From: Leptolyngbyaceae cyanobacterium
Lineage (GTDB): Bacteria > Cyanobacteriota > Cyanobacteriia > Phormidesmidales > Phormidesmidaceae
Assembly (NCBI GenBank): GCA_965263355.1
Contig: CBDHHL010000032.1
Span: 1,120,001-1,184,000 of the forward strand
DNA length: 64,000 nucleotides
Direction: 5' to 3'
The notes beneath the pieces were generated by a model. It did not search any database. It was not told where the DNA came from and saw nothing but the letters and a program-made list of their open reading frames with translations. Of the stretch, positions 18,702-30,469 are shown one piece after another (the first letter of the stretch is position 1; each line of letters opens with the position of its first letter). The translations under genes and the position numbers were made by a program.

Positions 18702-20285
18702 TCAGCCACGGGGCTGCATAAAACGTTTTCGATAGTCATAGAGGCGTTGCAAGGACTGTCGTATTGACGGGGATACTGCTTCAGAGGTAGCTGGCTGAGA
18801 TTCACTATCTTTCAGTGTTTCACTATCTTCGAGGGTTTCAGTTGTCGACTCTAGAGTGGGTGCGATCGCTGCATCGACAGCAGGCGCAAAATTGGCTTCA
18901 ACGTCATTGTCTATACCTGTCTCTAGGGAGTCAGTTTCATCAGCATTAGACTCTATTTCTAAATCTTCAGGAATGTCTGAGTTTTCAGGAATGTCAGTTT
19001 CTATAGCTGCATTTTCTGTCGATTTATCAGATGTTTGATTCGGGGGGATATCGTTCAATAAATCGCTGGTTTCATGAGCTGTTTCAGGTGTAATCTCCTC
19101 AGATTTAGTGATATCAGGTTCAGTCACCTGAGGCTGAGTGAACTCAAGTCTAGTCATTTCAGGCTTACTTACCTCAGATTCAGTCACCTCAGGGGCAATC
19201 ACTTCGGGAATAGTGATATCAGCATCCTGCAAGGTTTCAATATCCTGTACTGTTTCAACCGTTTCCTCTACCTCAGCATCTTGGGTGGCTGTAGATTCTG
19301 GGTCGGGCGTCTCTGGGACTGATGGCTCATAGGTAGGATCGATAATGCTACCTACATCTGCTAAAGTCACGTCACCTCGGATGATTTTTGCCAGACTATC
19401 CTCAAGACTCGGATCATAGTCAACAAGTCTTACGGTGTTGTTAAAAACACCCTCAATGGGATTACCGTCATCATCAATCAGCATTAGCTGCACCCAATTT
19501 TGACCTGGACGTAGTCCCTCTATATATATAGACTCCCAATCCTTAAGGGTGAAACTCTCTCCATTTACGATGTACTGTACCCGCCAGTCTGAGATAGCCG
19601 GGTTATCTTGGGCGACTTGGTGTAACGGTGTATCAGTTAAGTAAAAGTCTAATAAAATTGGCTCAGCTCCATAGGTACCAACCGGTGCCCCGTAGGTGAT
19701 TAGGGGTTGATCACTGGCGGGCGAATTTTCGTTCGTTTTGGCCAAGATGTGAAACGTTACCTGGGCGTAAGCGCCTTCATTTTTAAAGCTTTCATGCCAG
19801 GGACGTGTAGCAAAGGCTCTGATGGTATGGGTACCTGGAGTCAAATTTTCGAGAATTATAGGCTGTTCGATATCGTATATCGAGTCCCAGGGGTGATTAT
19901 CTAGCAATAGTTCTATATGGGGACCCATGCCCCAAATCTTATCCTTATATATAGGTAAATCTTGAACCCGTAAAATGACGCTAACGTCAGTGTCAGCCAA
20001 AATTGCTTCGGCCTGGGGCTGACGGATCTGTACCTGGGGTTCATAGGCGTCTAACCAGGAGTCTAAATCACGAATCAGCTCTGGTGTTTCCACCTGCTTG
20101 ATAGCAGGAGCAGGCTGAACAACAGCAGGTTTAGCTGTCTCACTGATAGTTAATGGCTCAGCTGTTTGGGGTTTGCTACAGCTGGTCATTAATAACAGAA
20201 GGATTAAAACGAAAGAGCCCGCAATTTTTGCCAAATGCTTTGGCATATGGCCTAAAACATTAGAAACCAAAGGCATGGTTTGCAT
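18702..20285 (-). CDS. conserved cyanobacterial lipoprotein with long acidic low-complexity C-tail
   Basis: Lipobox LMTSC, then GMGPHIELLLDN, PGTHTIRAFATRPWHESFKN and PILLDFYL, and an E/T/D-rich tail. Start is 20285, 20276 or 20246. Confidence 0.75.
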   Translation of the reverse strand: MQTMPLVSNVLGHMPKHLAKIAGSFVLILLLLMTSCSKPQTAEPLTISETAKPAVVQPAPAIKQVETPELIRDLDSWLDAYEPQVQIRQPQAEAILADTDVSVILRVQDLPIYKDKIWGMGPHIELLLDNHPWDSIYDIEQPIILENLTPGTHTIRAFATRPWHESFKNEGAYAQVTFHILAKTNENSPASDQPLITYGAPVGTYGAEPILLDFYLTDTPLHQVAQDNPAISDWRVQYIVNGESFTLKDWESIYIEGLRPGQNWVQLMLIDDDGNPIEGVFNNTVRLVDYDPSLEDSLAKIIRGDVTLADVGSIIDPTYEPSVPETPDPESTATQDAEVEETVETVQDIETLQDADITIPEVIAPEVTESEVSKPEMTRLEFTQPQVTEPDITKSEEITPETAHETSDLLNDIPPNQTSDKSTENAAIETDIPENSDIPEDLEIESNADETDSLETGIDNDVEANFAPAVDAAIAPTLESTTETLEDSETLKDSESQPATSEAVSPSIRQSLQRLYDYRKRFMQPRG

Positions 20286-20706
20286 TTTCCCGCGACAGTA
20301 ATTGCGCTGCCTGTCTGCAATAGACTCAATAGGGCTACGCCTGATCAATCCTAGCGGTCTGGCGGTCAAGCTTAGTGATGAGATTCCTTGATTCGTAGTG
20401 TGGGTGAGAACACCCCTCAGTTTGTTACAGAGTTTAATAAAACTAAATATATAGAGATATTGATTGAAAGTCCTGACCATTAGTAGTGTTTATGGTCTGC
20501 ATTAGGAGAAGCAGGTTGATTTTTTGGGATTGTGTGTGGTTTTTATGGCTTATTGCTAAAAGCAAGGACTTGTATTGAGATTTGTTAATGTCCCCAGTGG
20601 TTGATGGCAGTTTTGTGCCAATGACTACCTTGTGACCCTTACCCTAAGAGGATTTCGGAGGTTGAATTATTGTTAACTCGACGCGGGATCGGTGAAGTGC
20701 CAAGTC

Positions 20707-20712
20707 TATAAT
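20707..20712 (+). promoter_or_regulatory. putative -10 box of the psaAB promoter
   Basis: Consensus TATAAT about 150 bp upstream of the psaA ATG. An AGGAG RBS precedes 20865. Confidence 0.5.
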
Positions 20713-20864
20713 GCTCAGGAGCAATCCTATAAATGGCGAGCCTTAACGTTTTTCATGGGGTAACATCTCAGTGGAAAATGTTTGCAATTGTTTCATTAAT
20801 GAAGCAGTTGCTGGCCTCAAGATTTTAGGCTGTTCGTTCTTTGTCTAGAGAGAGGAGAGTCTCC

Positions 20865-23132
20865 ATGACAACTACCCCGCGGGAGCGGGAGGCAGCAGTC
20901 AAGGTGGTAGTTGATGAAAATCCGGTACCTGTTTCTTTCGAGAAATGGGGTAAGCCGGGACATTTCAGCCGCGCCTTGGCTAAGGGACCCAAGACTACTA
21001 CCTGGATTTGGGATCTCCACGCCGACGCTCACGACTTTGATAGTCACACCAGTGACTTAGAGGACATTTCTCGTAAAATTTTTAGCGCTCACTTTGGTCA
21101 TTTGGCCATCGTGTTCATTTGGCTGAGTGGCATGTACTACCATGGCGCTCGGTTCTCTAACTTTGAAGCTTGGTTAGCAGACCCCGTTAATATTCATCCC
21201 AGTGCTCAGGTTGTTTGGCCTATCTTTGGTCAGGAAATCCTGAATGGTGAAGTGGGTGGTGGTTTCCAAGGTATTCAAATCACCTCTGGTTTATTCCAGA
21301 TGTGGAGAGCAGCTGGTTACACCAACTCCTTCCAGCTTTTGTGTACCGCCATCGGTGCATTGGTAATGGCTGGTTTGATGATTAATGCTGGTGTATTCCA
21401 CTACCACATTAAGGCTCCTAAGCTTGAGTGGTTCCAGAACGTGGAGTCCATGCTTAACCACCATTTGGCTGGTTTGTTTGGTCTAGGTTCTCTAGGTTGG
21501 GCTGGGCACCTGATCCACGTATCTCTGCCTGTTAACGCTCTACTAGATTCCGGGGTGGCTGCACAGGATATTCCTCTGCCCCACGAGTATCTATTTGATA
21601 AAGCGTTTATGGCGGACCTATTCCCTGGTTTTGCTCAAGGGATTACGCCATTCTTCACCCTGAATTGGGGTGTTTATGCTGACTTCTTGACCTTCAAGGG
21701 CGGTTTGAACCCTGTAACTGGCGGTCTCTGGATGACTGACATTGCGCACCACCATGTGGCGATCGCAGTGATGTTCATCTTTGCTGGTCATATGTACCGC
21801 ACTAACTGGGGTATTGGCCATAGCATTAAGGAGATTCTGGAAGGCCAGAAGGGCGATCCGTTGCTCTTCCCTGCTAAGAATGGCCATGATGGCTTGTTTG
21901 AGTTCTTGACCACATCCTGGCATGCTCAGCTAGCGATCAACTTGGCTATGGGTGGTTCGGTAACGATTATTGTGGCTCAGCATATGTATGCGATGCCTCC
22001 CTATCCATACCTAGCAACTGATTACCCAACTCAGCTGTGCCTGTTCACTCACCATATGTGGATTGGTGCCTTCATGATTGTGGGTGGTGCTGCTCACGGT
22101 GCGATCGCAATGGTTCGTGACTACGATCCGGCCATGCATGTTGACAACGTACTTGACCGCGTCCTACGCGCTCGTGATGCCATCATTTCTCACCTGAACT
22201 GGGTATGTATTTTCCTAGGCTTCCATAGCTTCGGACTATATATTCATAACGACACTATGCGTGCTTTGGGTCGTCCCCAAGACATGTTCTCTGACAGTGC
22301 GATTCAGTTACAGCCTATCTTTGCTCAATGGCTGCAGAACCTGCACACCCTAGCTGCTAGCGGTACCACTGCACCTAATGCAGTTGGCCCGACTAGTGTT
22401 GCTTTCGGTGGTGACATGGTTGTCGTTGGTGGCAAAGTGGCGATGATGCCGATTGCTCTTGGCACAGCTGATTTTATGGTGCATCACATCCATGCGTTCA
22501 CCATTCACGTAACTGTTCTAATCCTGCTCAAGGGTGTGCTTTATGCCCGTAACTCTCGCCTTATCCCTGATAAGAGCGAGTTGGGTTTCCGCTTCCCTTG
22601 TGACGGCCCCGGTCGTGGTGGTACTTGCCAGGTATCTGGTTGGGACCACGTTTTCCTAGGCCTGTTCTGGATGTACAACTCCCTATCCATTGTGATTTTC
22701 CACTTCAGCTGGAAGATGCAATCAGATGTATGGGGCACGGTTTCCGGCGATTATGTGGCTCATCCTGCTGGTGGTAACTTCGCAACTAGTGCGATTACTA
22801 TCAACGGTTGGCTACGTGACTTCCTGTGGGGTCAGGCTGCACAGGTAATCAACTCCTATGGCTCGGCTATTTCGGCCTACGGTTTGATGTTCCTAGCTGG
22901 TCACTTTATCTGGGCATTTAGCCTGATGTTCCTGTTCAGTGGCCGTGGCTACTGGCAAGAGCTGATCGAGTCCATCGTTTGGGCTCATAATAAGCTCAAG
23001 GTCGCTCCTGCAATTCAGCCTCGCGCATTGAGTATTACTCAGGGTCGTGCGGTTGGTGTCGCTCACTACCTCCTTGGCGGTATTGTGGTGACTTGGGCGT
23101 TCTTCCATGCTCGAATTCTCTCGATAGGTTAG
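20865..23132 (+). CDS. psaA: photosystem I P700 apoprotein A1
   Basis: [16 protein letters not shown], the FX loop [23 protein letters not shown] and [13 protein letters not shown]. Confidence 0.99.
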   Translation: MTTTPREREAAVKVVVDENPVPVSFEKWGKPGHFSRALAKGPKTTTWIWDLHADAHDFDSHTSDLEDISRKIFSAHFGHLAIVFIWLSGMYYHGARFSNFEAWLADPVNIHPSAQVVWPIFGQEILNGEVGGGFQGIQITSGLFQMWRAAGYTNSFQLLCTAIGALVMAGLMINAGVFHYHIKAPKLEWFQNVESMLNHHLAGLFGLGSLGWAGHLIHVSLPVNALLDSGVAAQDIPLPHEYLFDKAFMADLFPGFAQGITPFFTLNWGVYADFLTFKGGLNPVTGGLWMTDIAHHHVAIAVMFIFAGHMYRTNWGIGHSIKEILEGQKGDPLLFPAKNGHDGLFEFLTTSWHAQLAINLAMGGSVTIIVAQHMYAMPPYPYLATDYPTQLCLFTHHMWIGAFMIVGGAAHGAIAMVRDYDPAMHVDNVLDRVLRARDAIISHLNWVCIFLGFHSFGLYIHNDTMRALGRPQDMFSDSAIQLQPIFAQWLQNLHTLAASGTTAPNAVGPTSVAFGGDMVVVGGKVAMMPIALGTADFMVHHIHAFTIHVTVLILLKGVLYARNSRLIPDKSELGFRFPCDGPGRGGTCQVSGWDHVFLGLFWMYNSLSIVIFHFSWKMQSDVWGTVSGDYVAHPAGGNFATSAITINGWLRDFLWGQAAQVINSYGSAISAYGLMFLAGHFIWAFSLMFLFSGRGYWQELIESIVWAHNKLKVAPAIQPRALSITQGRAVGVAHYLLGGIVVTWAFFHARILSIG

Positions 23133-23155
23133 CGGGGAGGACTTAATAGAACACT

Positions 23156-25369
23156 ATGGCAACTAAATTTCCAAAATTTAGCCAAGACCTTGCACAAGAT
23201 CCAACTACGCGTCGGATCTGGTACGGGATTGCTACTTCCCATGACTTTGAAAGCCACGATGGCATGACGGAGGAAAATCTTTATCAAAAGATTTTTGCTT
23301 CTCACTTTGGCCATTTGGCGATTATCTTCCTTTGGGTATCCGGCAACCTGTTCCATGTTGCTTGGCAAGGTAACTTTGAGCAGTGGGTCGCCGACCCCCT
23401 CGGAACTAAGCCAATCGCCCATGCGATTTGGGATCCTCACTTTGGCCAGAATGCGGTGGATGCGTTCACCCAGGCTGGTGCTACTGGCCCCGTTAACGTT
23501 GCGTTTTCTGGGGTTTACCACTGGTGGTACACCATTGGTATGCGGACAAACGGTGACCTTTATTCAGGTTCCTTGTTCTTACTTGTGCTGTCTGCCATCT
23601 TCCTACTTGCAGGTTGGTTGCACCTACAGCCCAAGTTCCGTCCCAGCTTGTCCTGGTTCAAGAATGCTGAGTCTCGCCTAAACCACCACTTGGCTGGTTT
23701 GTTTGGTGTAAGTTCCTTAGCTTGGACTGGTCACCTGGTGCACGTTGCAATTCCTGAGTCCCGCGGTCAGCATGTTGGTTGGGATAACTTCCTAACTGTG
23801 ATGCCTCACCCCGCTGGATTGGCTCCTTTCTTCTCTGGAAACTGGGGTGTATATGCTCAGAATCCTGACACTGTGAATCATGTGTTTGGTACGTCTGAGG
23901 GTTCGGGTACTGCAATTCTGACCTTCTTAGGTGGTTTCCATCCTCAGACTGAGTCTTTATGGCTCACTGATATGGCGCACCATCACCTGGCCATTGCGGT
24001 AATCTTCATCATTGCTGGTCACATGTACCGGACTAACTTCGGTATTGGTCACAGCATTAAGGAGATCCTCAATGCTCATACCACTCCGGCAGGGACGCCT
24101 GGTGATTTGGGTGAAGGTCATAAGGGGATGTTTGAGACTCTCAACAACTCCTTGCACTTTCAGCTAGGTTTGGCTCTTGCCTCTTTGGGTGTAATAACGT
24201 CTCTAGTTGCTCAGCACATGTATGCGTTGCCTCCTTATGCATTTATGTCTAAGGACTACACCACCATGGCTGCGCTTTATACTCATCACCAGTACATTGC
24301 TGGCTTTATCATGATGGGTGCCTTTGCCCACGGTGCGATCTTCTTGATTCGTGACTACGATCCTGCTGCGAATGCTAACAACGTATTGGCTCGCATCATT
24401 GATCATAAGGAAGCGATCATTTCTCACCTGAGCTGGGTAACTCTGTTCCTTGGTTTCCATACTTTGGGTCTCTATGTACACAACGATGTTGTAGTTGCCT
24501 TTGGTACTCCTGAGAAACAAATCCTGGTTGAGCCTGTCTTTGCACAGTGGGTTCAGGCTGCCTCTGGTAAGGCCCTTTATGGCTTTGATACTCTGCTTTC
24601 CAATGCTGACAGTCTAGCTACTGGTGCTGCTAGTGGTATCTGGTTGCCTGGTTGGTTTGAAGCTATCAACAGCGGTACTAACTCTCTGTTCTTGACCATT
24701 GGTCCTGGTGACTTCCTGGTTCACCATGCAATTGCCCTGGGTCTTCATACCACTACCTTGATTTTGGTCAAGGGTGCGTTGGATGCCCGTGGTTCCAAGC
24801 TAATGCCCGATAAGAAAGACTTCGGCTATAGCTTCCCTTGTGATGGCCCCGGTCGTGGCGGTACTTGTGACATCTCTGCATGGGATGCCTTCTACCTAGC
24901 CATGTTCTGGATGCTTAACACGATTGCTTGGTTGACTTTCTACTGGCACTGGAAGCATCTGGCTATTTGGTCTGGTAACGTAGCGCAGTTTAATGAAAGC
25001 TCTACTTACCTGATGGGTTGGTTCCGCGATTATTTGTGGCTCAACTCTGCCCAGTTGATCAATGGCTATAATGCCTACGGCATGAACAACATCTCCGTAT
25101 GGGCATGGATGTTCTTGTTCGCTCACCTGGTTTGGGCAACTGGTTTCATGTTCCTAATCTCCTGGCGTGGTTACTGGCAGGAGCTTATCGAGACCATCGT
25201 ATGGGCTCATGAGCGCACTCCTCTAGCTAACCTGATCAGCTGGAAGGATAAGCCCGTTGCACTATCCATCGTTCAGGCTCGTTTGGTTGGTCTAACTCAC
25301 TTTACTGTGGGCTTTGTCCTCACCTACGCGGCCTTCCTGATAGCATCAACGTCTAGCCGATTTGGATAG
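23156..25369 (+). CDS. psaB: photosystem I P700 apoprotein A2
   Basis: [40 protein letters not shown] and [10 protein letters not shown]. Confidence 0.99.
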   Translation: MATKFPKFSQDLAQDPTTRRIWYGIATSHDFESHDGMTEENLYQKIFASHFGHLAIIFLWVSGNLFHVAWQGNFEQWVADPLGTKPIAHAIWDPHFGQNAVDAFTQAGATGPVNVAFSGVYHWWYTIGMRTNGDLYSGSLFLLVLSAIFLLAGWLHLQPKFRPSLSWFKNAESRLNHHLAGLFGVSSLAWTGHLVHVAIPESRGQHVGWDNFLTVMPHPAGLAPFFSGNWGVYAQNPDTVNHVFGTSEGSGTAILTFLGGFHPQTESLWLTDMAHHHLAIAVIFIIAGHMYRTNFGIGHSIKEILNAHTTPAGTPGDLGEGHKGMFETLNNSLHFQLGLALASLGVITSLVAQHMYALPPYAFMSKDYTTMAALYTHHQYIAGFIMMGAFAHGAIFLIRDYDPAANANNVLARIIDHKEAIISHLSWVTLFLGFHTLGLYVHNDVVVAFGTPEKQILVEPVFAQWVQAASGKALYGFDTLLSNADSLATGAASGIWLPGWFEAINSGTNSLFLTIGPGDFLVHHAIALGLHTTTLILVKGALDARGSKLMPDKKDFGYSFPCDGPGRGGTCDISAWDAFYLAMFWMLNTIAWLTFYWHWKHLAIWSGNVAQFNESSTYLMGWFRDYLWLNSAQLINGYNAYGMNNISVWAWMFLFAHLVWATGFMFLISWRGYWQELIETIVWAHERTPLANLISWKDKPVALSIVQARLVGLTHFTVGFVLTYAAFLIASTSSRFG

Positions 25370-25396
25370 CGTTTGATTGCCTCCTTAGGAGAATGA

Positions 25397-25430
25397 AAAA
25401 AGCCCTTCAGCAAGCCTGAAGGGCTTTTTG
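25397..25430 (+). terminator. intrinsic terminator of psaAB
   Basis: AAAAAGCCCTTCAG-caagc-CTGAAGGGCTTTTT. Confidence 0.85.
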
Positions 25431-25592
25431 TTTACTAAGCTTTTTTGATAGTGGAGAATACTGGGAAATATATACCAACCTCTTAAAACAGAATTTTGCA
25501 TGGATGGTTAATTTTTTATTTTGGAATCTAAATAAAAAAAGCTTGCAAAAGGAGCTTGCAAGTTTAGTTCATATATATGATGTGGATATCTT

Positions 25593-26109
25593 GAAAATCA
25601 AATCCTTGAGCTTCACCTCTCCAATCGTTTGCCAGTACTCTGTTCTTAAGGTTTGGACTCGGTCGGTGTGACGCTCGCTGGCGTGCAGTGTTTTTTTTTG
25701 CGGGTTAACCCCAAGGTTTGAGTAATTCGTCCCATCGTTGACCGGCTCACCCACACGGCTTCTTGCTTATCAACTAACACCTGAAGTTCTTCCAAGGTAG
25801 CATCATTGTTGGCTTCAATCAGGGTCTTAACCCGCTCTCGTTGCTCGGCATTCAGCAGGGGAGGATGACCACCACCATGCGCTTTCGGTTCAATCCCTTC
25901 ACCCTGACGCCATCGTTTGAGTAATCGTTGGACGCTGCTCAAACTGACTTGAAAGCGCTTGGCTAACTGACGTTGAGACATCCCTTCGTCTGTGTGAACG
26001 TCAATAATGCGCTGGCGTAAATCAAGAGAAAGAGGCTTCATTGGAATACGAATCAGTAGTGGTTTTAGGGGTCCTGATATTGTATTCAAAGCAAGCAGGA
26101 AACGCTATA
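25593..26109 (-). mobile_element. truncated IS630-family element (HTH orfA plus frameshifted start of orfB)
   Basis: ATG 26041 MKPLSLDLRQRII...SQRQLAKRFQVS (HTH), NNDATLEEL and LTRKKK at the A9 run 25691-25699. The -1 frame reads KTLHASER...KDLIF and breaks before the DDE Asp. Left end TA-GCGTTTCCTGC at about 26107. Confidence 0.88.
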
Positions 26110-26269
26110 TAGAGCAGGATTCGCAGCCCAATCACTGTAAAAAGTCCTTTGATAGCTAGCACTACGCAAAATGCAAGAATGAGTACGGAGGCCCACGAAA
26201 GATATTCGCAGTAGTTGAGTTTCTCGGTACTCAAAAAGTGTCTTAGCTTGTGTTGGAGAGAATCCAGAG

Positions 26270-29017
26270 ATGGACGCACAGTCTTCAGGTCAACGCCAAG
26301 AAGCACCCGATTATGATCCTGAGAAAGCTAACGGTTGTTTTTGGGGCGGGGTTGCGATCGCATTCACCCTACTCGGCACAGTTATAGTTGCCTACAATTC
26401 CACCGTAGAAGCCGAGTACCGCACGCGTCTTAGCGAAATAGAGAAAAAAAGTATAGCAGCCCTACGGTTGTTTGAAACCGACCAGACCCAGGCTTTATTG
26501 GCCGCTTTAGAGGCCGGTCAGCAATTGCAAACTGTAGTCAATGAAAACGCCGATCGCCTAAGTCCAGACAACTTACGTGATGGCAAACTTCCCTTAGAAC
26601 AGTACCCCACACTCAGCCCGATTACCGCCCTAGACAAAATTTTGCGCCAGATTCAGGAACAGCCTATTGCCGGTAATCCTCAGCAACAGTTAAATAACAT
26701 GGCTGAGGTTCGCTGGCAAAGTGATGGACAATTCCTAGCCGCATTTGATGACGAACAACGGGTACTTGCATTTTGGCAGGCAGATGGCACCCCCGTACCA
26801 GTCATAGGAAGCCCACCCCAGGGTAGTGAAATAGTGTGGGAGCATGGACGGCAGGTTGAGGTGACCAGTTTTTTGGATGTCATTAATATCTGGAATCGTG
26901 GCGCTTCTCCAATTGCCTTTAAACGGACTGGTCGGTCGATGGGCACTGCGATTGTTGTCAGGTGGAGTCCTGATGGCCAGACATTAGCCATCTTTGGCAA
27001 ACGAGATGGCTTTGTTGGACTTTGGAACCGTGATGAGTCTTTTCTGAAAATCATCGAGGCATATCCAGAAGATGTGCTTCGATTAGCTTGGCAGGAAAAT
27101 AGTCAAACCTTTGTAACCACGGGTAGCGATGGCGTTATAAAACAGTGGCAGCGTGACGGGTCCCCAACGGCGATGCCTATCCTCTATCAAGGCAATAGTA
27201 AGGTTATTTGGGGAGATGGCGATCCATGGAAAAATGAGGCTGCGCCCGCCTTTGTAACTATCGAAGCAGAGGGCATTGTACAGCTTTGGCAGGGAGGTAG
27301 GCCTAAAGCGACTATCAGCACAAGCCATGATCCAAACACTATACGCAAGAGTCTTATATGGAGCCCTAATGGTGAAAAATTAGCCATCCTGGTCCGAGAT
27401 GGCACACTACAAATATGGCATCGTGATGGCTCTCTGTTGGCTACCCTCGAAACGAACCATACTTCAGAAAGTATTGACGATCGTCTCCTCTGGAGCCCTG
27501 ACAGTGAACAGTTAGCTATCCTCAACGCAGCGGCTAAGACGCAGCCCGGTCAGGGAGAAGAAACCGATGATGTCATACGACTATGGTCAGGGCGAGGTGC
27601 TCCCATTAAGACTATCCGTCAGGCGAGAACTTTTAGTATGCGATGGAGCCCAGACAGTGAGATTTTGGCCCTAGGTAGTGATACTGGTAGCCTTACACTC
27701 TGGAGCGGTGACGATGCTTCGTTGTTAAAACGCTTTGACAAGAGTTTTGGAACTATCCTCGATATTGGCTGGAGTTCAGATGAACAAATCTTATTGACTC
27801 GCGATCGCCAAGCCGTAAGGATTTGGACCCGTAAAGGACAATTAGTCGAGACCATGAGCTACGATAGCTCTCTTTCTTCGTATACCCCTTTTCGTGACGT
27901 TATTTGGGATGAACATCAACAGATTCTGGCGTTTCCCAATGCGTTTGAAAGAGACGTGATGCTATGGCATCAACAGAGACCTGCGATGACTGAATTCGCA
28001 ACTCAACAGCCTTTGGATCTCGGCATTAGCTGGAGTCCACCTGACGTTAGCTGGAGTCCAGATGACCAAACCCTGGCAACAGGAGGAGCAGATGGCACAG
28101 TCAAGCTGTGGAATCCTGATGGCATCTTACTGCGAACTATCGATGCCCATGAAAAGGCTGTTTGGAGTATTAGCTGGCGGAGCGATGGCCAGATTCTTGC
28201 AACCGGGGGAGCAGATCGCACCATTAAACTTTGGCAACCTGACGGTTCTCTAATCCGTACTATTAACCTCCGCACAGGGAATATCCCGATTGAAGTTGCC
28301 TGGAGTCAAGATAATAAACGACTGATTGCTGCCACCGGTCGTGCTTCACCTTCTACATGGGGAAATCGTAGTTTTTTCTCTGTTTGGCAAACCGATGGTT
28401 CCTTAGTGGCCAGCAGTTTTCAAGAACCGTTACGGTCAGATGCTACTGAGCAGGAATCTCAAGAGTATTGGCAGAGAGATAAAGAACTTTGGCAGTATTT
28501 TCGTAGTATTAAGCTTTATCAGCCCCATAGACTTAATTTTGACCCGACTACTGCCAAGGTTTGGACTGACGATGCCCAGGCAACAGCGACGTGCCGTAGC
28601 TTGATTAGGTGCGACATGATTAAGTTTATCCATGGAGATAACCCTCCGATAAATGTCCCTAGTGCTCATGTCGACTTAATCAGTGCCATGGTGTGGAATC
28701 ATGCTGGCGATATTTTAGCAACGGCCAGTCGCGCAGATGGTTTAGTTAAGCTGTGGAGTCGGAATGGTGACCTGATCAGGTCGTTTCAGGCCTATAGATA
28801 TGGTGGTTTGGAGCGCATTAGTTGGAGTTCAGATGGGCAAACATTAGCTACCGTAAATGCCGATGGTTTGATAAGGCTATGGCCGGTCCAGGGTCTTGAC
28901 AGTCTGTTATCACAAGGGTGCGATTGGTTAAATGGTTACCTGATTGGCAAGCCTGATCGATTGCAGGATTTGCCCGTGTGTCAAACAGCTGAGCGGACAC
29001 GATCAGCTGGTGTATGA
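26270..29017 (+). CDS. membrane-anchored WD40-repeat protein
   Basis: One N-terminal TM helix, many WSPDGQTLA...IKLW repeats and a C-terminal LDSLLSQGCDWLNGYL motif. Confidence 0.88.
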   Translation: MDAQSSGQRQEAPDYDPEKANGCFWGGVAIAFTLLGTVIVAYNSTVEAEYRTRLSEIEKKSIAALRLFETDQTQALLAALEAGQQLQTVVNENADRLSPDNLRDGKLPLEQYPTLSPITALDKILRQIQEQPIAGNPQQQLNNMAEVRWQSDGQFLAAFDDEQRVLAFWQADGTPVPVIGSPPQGSEIVWEHGRQVEVTSFLDVINIWNRGASPIAFKRTGRSMGTAIVVRWSPDGQTLAIFGKRDGFVGLWNRDESFLKIIEAYPEDVLRLAWQENSQTFVTTGSDGVIKQWQRDGSPTAMPILYQGNSKVIWGDGDPWKNEAAPAFVTIEAEGIVQLWQGGRPKATISTSHDPNTIRKSLIWSPNGEKLAILVRDGTLQIWHRDGSLLATLETNHTSESIDDRLLWSPDSEQLAILNAAAKTQPGQGEETDDVIRLWSGRGAPIKTIRQARTFSMRWSPDSEILALGSDTGSLTLWSGDDASLLKRFDKSFGTILDIGWSSDEQILLTRDRQAVRIWTRKGQLVETMSYDSSLSSYTPFRDVIWDEHQQILAFPNAFERDVMLWHQQRPAMTEFATQQPLDLGISWSPPDVSWSPDDQTLATGGADGTVKLWNPDGILLRTIDAHEKAVWSISWRSDGQILATGGADRTIKLWQPDGSLIRTINLRTGNIPIEVAWSQDNKRLIAATGRASPSTWGNRSFFSVWQTDGSLVASSFQEPLRSDATEQESQEYWQRDKELWQYFRSIKLYQPHRLNFDPTTAKVWTDDAQATATCRSLIRCDMIKFIHGDNPPINVPSAHVDLISAMVWNHAGDILATASRADGLVKLWSRNGDLIRSFQAYRYGGLERISWSSDGQTLATVNADGLIRLWPVQGLDSLLSQGCDWLNGYLIGKPDRLQDLPVCQTAERTRSAGV

Positions 29018-29154
29018 AGGGAAAATACTAGCTGCCAATGCACACCTGAGATCGCATGTCGACATGCTTGAAAAATATAGCGGAATGTGCCCAGGACTGA
29101 GTTTTGCTGTGCGATCGCCAGCATCACAGTCTTTAAGTCGGTGAGCATAAAACT

Positions 29155-29247
29155 CTAAAGTGCTTCTGGATCAACTCCCAGCTCTTTTAACTCTTCCGCT
29201 AATCGATTAGCCCTAGCTTGTGCTTGTTCAGCTTTAGCCCAGCGGAG
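29155..29247 (-). pseudogene. Uma2-family C-terminal tail remnant
   Basis: Manual translation LRWAKAEQAQARANRLAEELKELGVDPEAL*, matching the RAxRLAxxLRELGxDP tail of cyanobacterial Uma2 proteins. Confidence 0.5.
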
Positions 29248-29711
29248 GAAGGCAGGCACTGTTGTTTGGGGTCGTAGTGTAAAACCACTGGCTGTTATTG
29301 GACTAGACCGATAATAGAACTATTGTAATGTGATACCTATTAGAACGTTTTGCGCTCAACTTAAGCCCATTTGGGTTTGCTAAGTTGCAATTGTTTGACA
29401 CAACCAGGGTATTTGCATCCTTATGCAATGGCCTTAGCTGTTTTGTGTATCTTTCCATGAAACCAGCGGCTTAGGATTTTTATAGAGTGTTTGTTGAATT
29501 GGTTAGCGATCGCAAATATTCAACGTTGAATAGATTTCTGGTAACGGGATAAATGACTATTCGTGGTCACATTCTGTACGCACCCGCCACATATAAAAGT
29601 AGACATTATGTTACTTAAGGTTGGCACTGAGCCTAATCCTCAGGTATCGTCGCAGACGAACTGACGAGTCAATCAGTTGTTATCGACAACACATTTTTAA
29701 ATGTGACATCT

Positions 29712-30428
29712 ATGCTGTTTGCGATCGAAAACCTACCCTATTGGATTTTTTTAGGTACAGGAGCATTGTTGTTTGCCGTAGTCATTGCATCTGGTGGTGG
29801 CGACGACGGAGATGCAGATATCGATACGGATATTGACACGCCAGATCTCAGCTTTGACGATTTGTCTGGAGATTATTCCGGTGACGATATTGCCGATGGT
29901 GATGACGCTGCTGGCTCACTGAGCATGTTGCGTTGGCTTGGGTTTGGGCGAGTGCCGATCATCTTGCTGCTGGCCCTAGACCTATGTCTGTGGGGACTAT
30001 TTGGCTGGCTAGCGAATGTGTTGTTCTATAGCATTCTGGCTCCCATTCTATCGGGTATGGTCGGCGGTGTAATTTTTCTGGGTTCTATGGTGTTCGCCCT
30101 GGTGTCAGGAGGAAAAATTTCGGATCCCATTGGAAAAATATTCGCTTCCTTTGGGGAGAATGCTTCTGCTGATCGGTTGATCGGCTGTGTGGGTACAGTG
30201 AGTTCTGCCCAGGTACATGATGTCTCTACCGGTAGGATTGCCCAAGTGGATGTGCTAGATCCTGCCAAAAATCTTGTGGCGGTGAATGCGGTACTTCCTG
30301 AATGGGGCCGTGTACAACCTAAAATCGGTGACAAAGTACTGGTGATTGAACGACCAGAAAAATGTAATTTTTACTTTGTCATTGCTAAAAATAGTGTCGA
30401 TGAAGAACATTGGTTTTCATCTCGCTAA
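29712..30428 (+). CDS. YqiJ/NfeD-like membrane protein with OB-fold C-terminus (flotillin partner)
   Basis: TM helix, Asp-rich linker, WLGFGRVP and LIGCVGTV. It lies directly upstream of flotillin. Confidence 0.82.
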   Translation: MLFAIENLPYWIFLGTGALLFAVVIASGGGDDGDADIDTDIDTPDLSFDDLSGDYSGDDIADGDDAAGSLSMLRWLGFGRVPIILLLALDLCLWGLFGWLANVLFYSILAPILSGMVGGVIFLGSMVFALVSGGKISDPIGKIFASFGENASADRLIGCVGTVSSAQVHDVSTGRIAQVDVLDPAKNLVAVNAVLPEWGRVQPKIGDKVLVIERPEKCNFYFVIAKNSVDEEHWFSSR

Positions 30429-30469
30429 TGTCTGCTTGTTCTATTTACTTTTGATTAGAGGTTTCCCTG

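Noticed and set aside
18702..20480. 592-aa ORF starting at 20480
   Set aside because: The first ~65 codons run into the divergent psaA upstream region and precede a clear lipoprotein signal, so the real start is likely 20285-20246.
20865..25369. psaAB as far-red (FaRLiP) paralogs
   Set aside because: No rfpABC, chlF, apc or psb paralogs are nearby, and the sequences look like standard PsaA/PsaB.
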